DNA from: the human T2T-CHM13v2.0 reference genome, Homo sapiens
Reading direction: 5' to 3' (one strand)
DNA: 64,000 bases
Assembly (NCBI RefSeq): GCF_009914755.1
Contig: NC_060935.1
Shown here: positions 58,229-64,000 of the stretch, one piece after another
Numbering within the stretch: the first letter of the stretch is position 1
How the letters are laid out: each line of letters begins with the position of its first letter
Made by a program: the position numbers and the translations under genes
The notes under the pieces: generated by a model
What the model saw: only the letters and a program-made list of their open reading frames with translations
Told to the model about the DNA's origin: nothing
Databases searched by the model: none

Positions 58229-58522
58229 AGGTTTTGCAAGTTAAATGAGACCATGGAGAAGCAAACAGGCAAATATAAATTGGGGACTTCAGTGGGACAA
58301 CTGACCAAGTTTCCTCGACAAGTTAATGACATTTTTTAAAAAGGTAAGTCTGCTCTAGATTAAAATAAGATTAAGTGATGTAGCAAACGTTGCAATGTAC
58401 AGATCATTATTTGCAGCCTGATGTGTATGAATTAAGATTTTTTAAAGACATTTTTGGGATAATCAGAGAAATGTGAATATGACTGGATTACATGTAACAT
58501 CGAAGAATTACTGCTAGTTTTG

Positions 58523-58676
58523 TTAGGTATCATAATGGCACATAAAAGTTGTATAAGAAAATATCCATATTTTCTAGAAATGCATAATGAAGTATTTAGT
58601 TAGGCATCATAATGGCACATAAACGTTATATAAGAAAATATTCATATTTTCTAGAAATGCATAATGAAGTATTTAG
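58523..58676. repeat. 77-bp tandem duplication within an old L1MC-like fragment
   Basis: Units 58523-58599 and 58600-58676 differ at 4 positions. Confidence 0.92.
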
Positions 58677-58769
58677 GAGTGAAGTGACATAAGGATTGGG
58701 ATTTGCCTTAAATACTTCAGTCACAATCACAACCATAAAAACAACACACACGTGCACAGAATAGTGCAG

Positions 58770-58980
58770 GTTCTGCAATAACTTAACTGAGTGTTCCAAT
58801 TTGGTCCAACACTTAACTAGCTATATGACCTAAGGTAAATTACTTAACTTCATAATGCCTTAGGTTCCTCTTCTGTTTACTAGGATTAAGGATGGCATCT
58901 ACTTTCTTGGGTTATTGTGAGGTTACTGTGAGGATCAAATGAGATGAACTCTGTAAAGTACTCAGCACAGCATTAGCTAT
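58770..58980 (+). mobile_element. MIR
   Basis: ACTAGCTATATGACCTAAGGTAAATTACTTAAC...GTGAGGATCAAATGAGAT...TGTAAAGTACTCAGCACAG. Confidence 0.7.
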
Positions 58981-59667
58981 AATTATGATTATTAACCAGT
59001 GTGCTCTTCACTCACCTAGGACCCCAGAATCCCACTCACCCACATACTTAATCCTTCTAAATCTGTCTTCTTTCTCTCCAGTTCTTGCTACTTTCCCATT
59101 TCCTCCGTCAATAGCCTCTGTTTCCTTCTTCAGGATCTGGAACCTATTATTTTAATTAATAACAATGAACCAACATTTCATTAATTGGCAGGATTACTTT
59201 GACAGAGTGCATGCAATCCTAAGGGTTCTAATCCAAGAGGTTTTTAGTGGCTGTGACTGTTGCTTTATATGGATCATTTAGACTTACAACACATTTTTCC
59301 AAAAAGAAAAAATCATCTAGCCAGCTCCCAGGTCAGTTATAAGAAAAAAATCCCTTCTACTCTCAACATGGTTTCACTCTGGGGGAGATGAAGCGTAGTT
59401 CTGGATTCTGTTGTGCTTATTTCATTAGGCCCTGAGGGTGAGGCTAAAGCCTTATGTAGAGGAGATTATAACAACTCCTACTGGCAATTAATGGGAATGA
59501 GACAAGTTTTCAGATGAGAAGCCCATGTGAAACTCCTGTCTCTCCTTTGGATTCTCTTCCCTTGTCTGGATCTGCCTCCTGCCCTGTGTTAGAAGAAGAT
59601 GCCCCTGCTAGAGGCGGTAGCCACAAGCTGAAGGCCAAGTGGTGTTCAGAAAGCCACATGACCCAGT

Positions 59668-59830
59668 TCAGAGATTTCCAAATATAGCAACAGATCAGAA
59701 TCCTCCACAGGAGCTTTCCAATATACAGACTCCATGGCCCATCCTAGGGTCACTGAACTGGAATTCTGAGGAATGACCCCAGGTTTTTAAAAATTTCCAG
59801 GGTGACTCTTATGTAGCCAGCCTACACTGA
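59668..59830. mobile_element. MER5-like DNA transposon fragment
   Basis: ATCAGAATC...GGAGCTTT...CCAGGGTGACTCTTATG. Confidence 0.45.
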
Positions 59831-60194
59831 TTCAAAAATTAATAGTTTTCCTTTTTCCCATTGCTAAGTTTATTCCCTTCTGTTACCCCTCTGGCCTTTG
59901 GAGAACTGACCATAGAGCTGTGTATCCCCTCTTGCAAAGGAGCTGTAAGGTGCACAGCGACCCCTCAGGACAGAAGGGGTGGTCACAGCAGTGATTAATG
60001 AAGCAATCCCAACAGGAAAGTGAATTTCAAGGACCCAGACTCAGCCTATAATGCCCAATCCCCATTCAACCAAAACAGTTCTGCATTAGGCTGTTATATA
60101 TATTGTGCTTCCTTGTATACATGTCTGAAAGAAAGGCTGCACTGCAGGAAAAAAAATAGTCTGAAAAATACTGCCTTTTATAGAAGTATAGCAT

Positions 60195-60604
60195 TGCTGT
60201 AGTTTGGATGCTTATCTCTCTAAACCTCATGTTGAAACGTGATCCCCAATGTTAGAGGCGGAGCCTAATAGGAGGTATCTAGGTCAGGGAGGTGGATCCC
60301 TCATGAATGTCTTGGTGCCATCCTCAGGTTAATGAGTAAGTTTGTGCTCTATTAGTTCCCATGACAGCAGTTGTTTAAAAAGCTTGGTCTATCATCCCAC
60401 ATCCAACCCTGCTTTCTCTCCTGCCATGTGATCTCTGCACACACCAGCTCCCCTTTGCCTTCCACCATGAGTGGAAGCACCCTGAGGCCCTCACTAGATG
60501 CCCAGTCTTCCAGCCAGCAGAATTGTGAGCCAAATAAACCTCTTTTCTTTATAATTTACCCAGCCTCAGGTATTCCTTTATAGCAACACAAATGAACTAA
60601 GACA
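60195..60604 (+). mobile_element. MSTB-type solo LTR
   Basis: TGCTGTAGTTTGGATG...CCTCATGTTGAAA...AATAAACCTCTTTTCTTTATAA...CTAAGACA. Confidence 0.85.
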
Positions 60605-61468
60605 AATATCACTAAAACATATTTCATCTTCAGCTACATTTTAAGCAGAGTTGTGTGGGCTGTCTGAAAATCTAAATATCATTTATAACGTGGATCCTGT
60701 AGAAAAATAGCTCATGAATCTGAATTCAAGATGGCAAAAACAAACCTCTGTCCCCACCAGCAACTTCCCACTGGTTGAGCAGCAAGTTGGGATTTGTTAT
60801 TGCCTCCTTGAACACCTTCTACTCCATCCCCAAGACCACAATAGTAGCTCCTAGCTTGGTAAAAAGGAAACTCTCCCTGCAGCCTAATGGAATCCTAAGT
60901 TCTTCCCTTCTCCCCTGAACCACCTCGGCAGCACCACAGAGGCTGAAGATTGTTCAATGGAAAGGGACTGCAAAGGACATTGATTCTCTGGGGCTCAGGA
61001 ACTTCATCCTACCAGAGCCCTATACCAGGAAGTGCCCAAATAGATATTTTACACACAAAGAGGAGCTACTGGCCCATTGTTTTTAGAGTATGTGCTTTGA
61101 ATTGCTTTGAAGAGTTAGCTACAAATCATCTACCTCCTTCCTGGGGAGGAGCAACATTTGTGGAGTTAGCCCTGGATGTAGATGAAAGGGTAGAAAAGCG
61201 ACCCACATGTCGACCTTGTTCTCAGCTTCTCAACTACATATCCCAACCAGACATAGTCAAACAAACAAACAAACAAACAAACAAAAAACACCATGGTATG
61301 AACCAAGCGATTGTAACTATTTCATTTGCCCAACTTGTATTTCTCCTCTTATTAACCTCTCTTTAACAAAACCACACTCTAGCAATTGCTGGGTCAGCAT
61401 AAGGAGCCAAAACTCTTGCTCCTATGAGCAAAGATGTCATCTATTTGTCTTGAAAGGAACATAGGTCC

Positions 61469-61798
<330 letters not shown>

Positions 61799-62244
61799 TT
61801 AGTAAAAAGATGGTGCTAGTTAATGAGTTGACTCTACACAAATATTTTAAATTCATAATAGGTCTATCTTACCTGAAAACAAACCCATCCTAAGCATAAA
61901 TAACCCAAATTACCCACATTGCAATACTTGTGGGAATGAACTTAGAGGGAATAGGTTCATTTAACTCAGTCTTCTAAACGAGCTGCATCAACAGCTCCAG
62001 TCTTAGGTAATGACCTATAACATTCCAAATTTTTGCTTAGGAGACTTGAAAGAGCCTTAGTGACAAAAGACTGAATTGGACTTGCTAAACTGTGCTTCTC
62101 AATATAGGGAAGTAAGACTCAGACATTTCCTCATAAGTTCAGGAAGAAAGTTTTTGAGAAGCCCTGTTAATTATAAGGGACAATGCCTTGAACATTCAAG
62201 TTAATTAAGGGCTTGCCTCATGATTGCATTTGTAACACTAAAAG

Positions 62245-62660
62245 CTTTTATTCATTCATTTATTCAACAAATAATAATGACAGCCAAGTGCCAGGCACTG
62301 TTCCTGGCCTCATTTCTAATCACCCCACCCGTAAATTCCACCTTCCAAATATACTGAGCTGCTTACAATGCATAGAACATGCTGTACTCTCTCTAGCCTC
62401 CAGGCCTCTGCACATGCTCCCTCTGCCTGGAATGTCCTTCCCCTCCCCACATAGAGAGAGCGTGTTCACATGCACATGCACATACACACACTATTCCCTT
62501 TGTCTGCCTAGCTCCTAGCACAAACATCTCATTCTCATTCACTCAGCTCAAAGGCCATTTCTTCCATGAAGCCCTCTCCAGTCCCCTAGGGCAATATGCG
62601 TTTTCCTAGGCTTTATCACTGTGTGATGGGACCTGTTTACATGTGTCTCTCTTCCAGTAA
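62245..62660. mobile_element. L2 fragments
   Basis: TTCATTCATTTATTCAACAAAT...GTGCCAGGCACTG; CCCTCTGCCTGGAATG; CAGCTCAAAGGCCATTTCTTCC. Confidence 0.65.
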
Positions 62661-62903
62661 GCTCTGGAGCTTAGGAACTGTGGCATTGAGAAGCACTTCT
62701 TTTTAGTGATTACACAAGTCTTGGAACTAACTTCCTGGAGACTAATTTCTTGGTTCTTCTGGAACCATTTCTTGATTGCTGCATAATTTGGGGCAATAAC
62801 TTGGGCTCTCTAAGCATTAGTTTGCTCATCATTAAAATGGGGATAATAACTGCACCTATCTCATTGTGTTGTTATCAATGAGATAACATTGATGGATACT
62901 TAG

Positions 62904-63535
62904 GTATCCATCAACAGATGACGGGATAAAGAAAATGTGGTACCATTCTGGGCAACATATCGAGATCCCGTCTCTAACAAAAAAGAAAAAAAAAAGCCAA
63001 CCATGGTGGCATGTGCCTGTAGTCACAGCTACTCAGGATCACTTCAGCCCAGGAGTTCAAGGCTGCAGTGAGCCATGATCACACCACCGCACTCCAGCCT
63101 GGGCAATAGAGTGAGACCTTATCTCAAAAAAAAAAAAAAAAAAAAAAGGAAAGAAAGAAACTGTGGTACATATACACAACAAAATACTGTTCACCCATAA
63201 AAAAGAATGAAATTATGTCATTTACAGAAATATGGATGGAACTGGAGGTCATTAAGTGAAACAACTCACAAAGACAAATATCACGTCTTCTCTCTTGTAA
63301 GTGGGAGCTAAATAATGTGTACACATGGACATAGAGGGTGGAGTGTTAGACACTGGAGACTCAGGAGAGTGAGAGGGGATTGCCAAGGGGGTGGATAATG
63401 AGAAATTACTTAATGGGTACCAGTGTGCATTATTTGAGTGACAGATTCTCTAAAAGCCTAGACTTCACTACTACACAGTATATTCACATAACAGAATTGC
63501 ACTTGTGCCTCTTAAATTTATACAAATAAAAATGT
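62904..63535 (+). mobile_element. L1PB 3' end inserted in a MIR and itself split by a truncated AluJ (62944-63147)
   Basis: GAGAAATTACTTAATGGGTAC...GACTTCACTACTA...TTAAATTTATACAAATAAAA; MIR halves at about 62770-62885 and 63565-63625. Confidence 0.8.
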
Positions 63536-63641
63536 TTTAATTAAAAAATTTTAAAAGATTGGTCAATACATGTGAAGTGCTTAGCATAGTGCACAGCCCA
63601 TAATAGGGAGTTCCATAAATGTTTTTCTAAAAATCTCTTCT

Positions 63642-63940
63642 GGGACATGCGCAGTGGCTCATGCCTGTAATCCCAACACTTTGGAAGACCGAGGTAGTTG
63701 GATCACCTGAGGTCAGGAGTTCAAGACCAGCCTGGCCAAGATGGTGAAGCCCCCTCTCTATTAAAAGTACAAAAAGTAGCCGGGCATGGTGGCCCACATG
63801 CCTGTGATCCCAGCTACCTGGGAGGCTGAGGGGAGGAGAATTGCTTAAACCCAGGAGACAGAGGTTGCAGTGAGCCGAGACTGCACCACTGCACTCCAGC
63901 CCGGGTGACAAAGTGAGACCTTGTCTTAAAAAAAAAAAAG
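63642..63940 (+). mobile_element. AluSx
   Basis: GGATCACCTGAGGTCAGGAG; A-rich and (GAAA)n tail. Confidence 0.9.
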
Positions 63941-64000
63941 AAAGAAAGAAAGAAACAAAAAAAGATCAAAGATAAGAAAAGAAAAGAAATAGGCAGAACC

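Overview
Primate genomic DNA, very probably human: it carries an AluYa5-type and an AluYd/Yc3-type young Alu, plus AluJ/S/Y, FAM, L1PA/PB/M, MaLR and ERV1 LTRs, Tigger and MER58. It is not prokaryotic, and I see no CRISPR array, rRNA, tRNA or operon. About two thirds is recognisable interspersed repeat, often nested. The only non-repeat protein-coding signal is one minus-strand exon (1919-2160). It encodes the N-terminal 72 residues of a hotdog-fold 4HBT/YbgC-type acyl-CoA thioesterase ([21 protein letters not shown]). From recall this best fits THEM7P, the human unitary pseudogene of mouse Them7, lying between WT1 and RCN1 at 11p13; this is unverified. The rest of the window looks like the upstream intron or 5' flank of that gene, with several repeat-poor blocks rich in transcription-factor motifs (about 14.6-16.5, 25.6-30.0 and 37.1-39.9 kb). 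Nearly all other listed ORFs are Alu, L1 or low-complexity artefacts. I cannot support a wholly new biological system. The best leads are the apparently intact thioesterase exon with a weak splice donor, candidate enhancers, and several informative retrotransposition and duplication structures. Repeat subfamily names come from recall of consensus sequences, and boundaries of old repeats are approximate.
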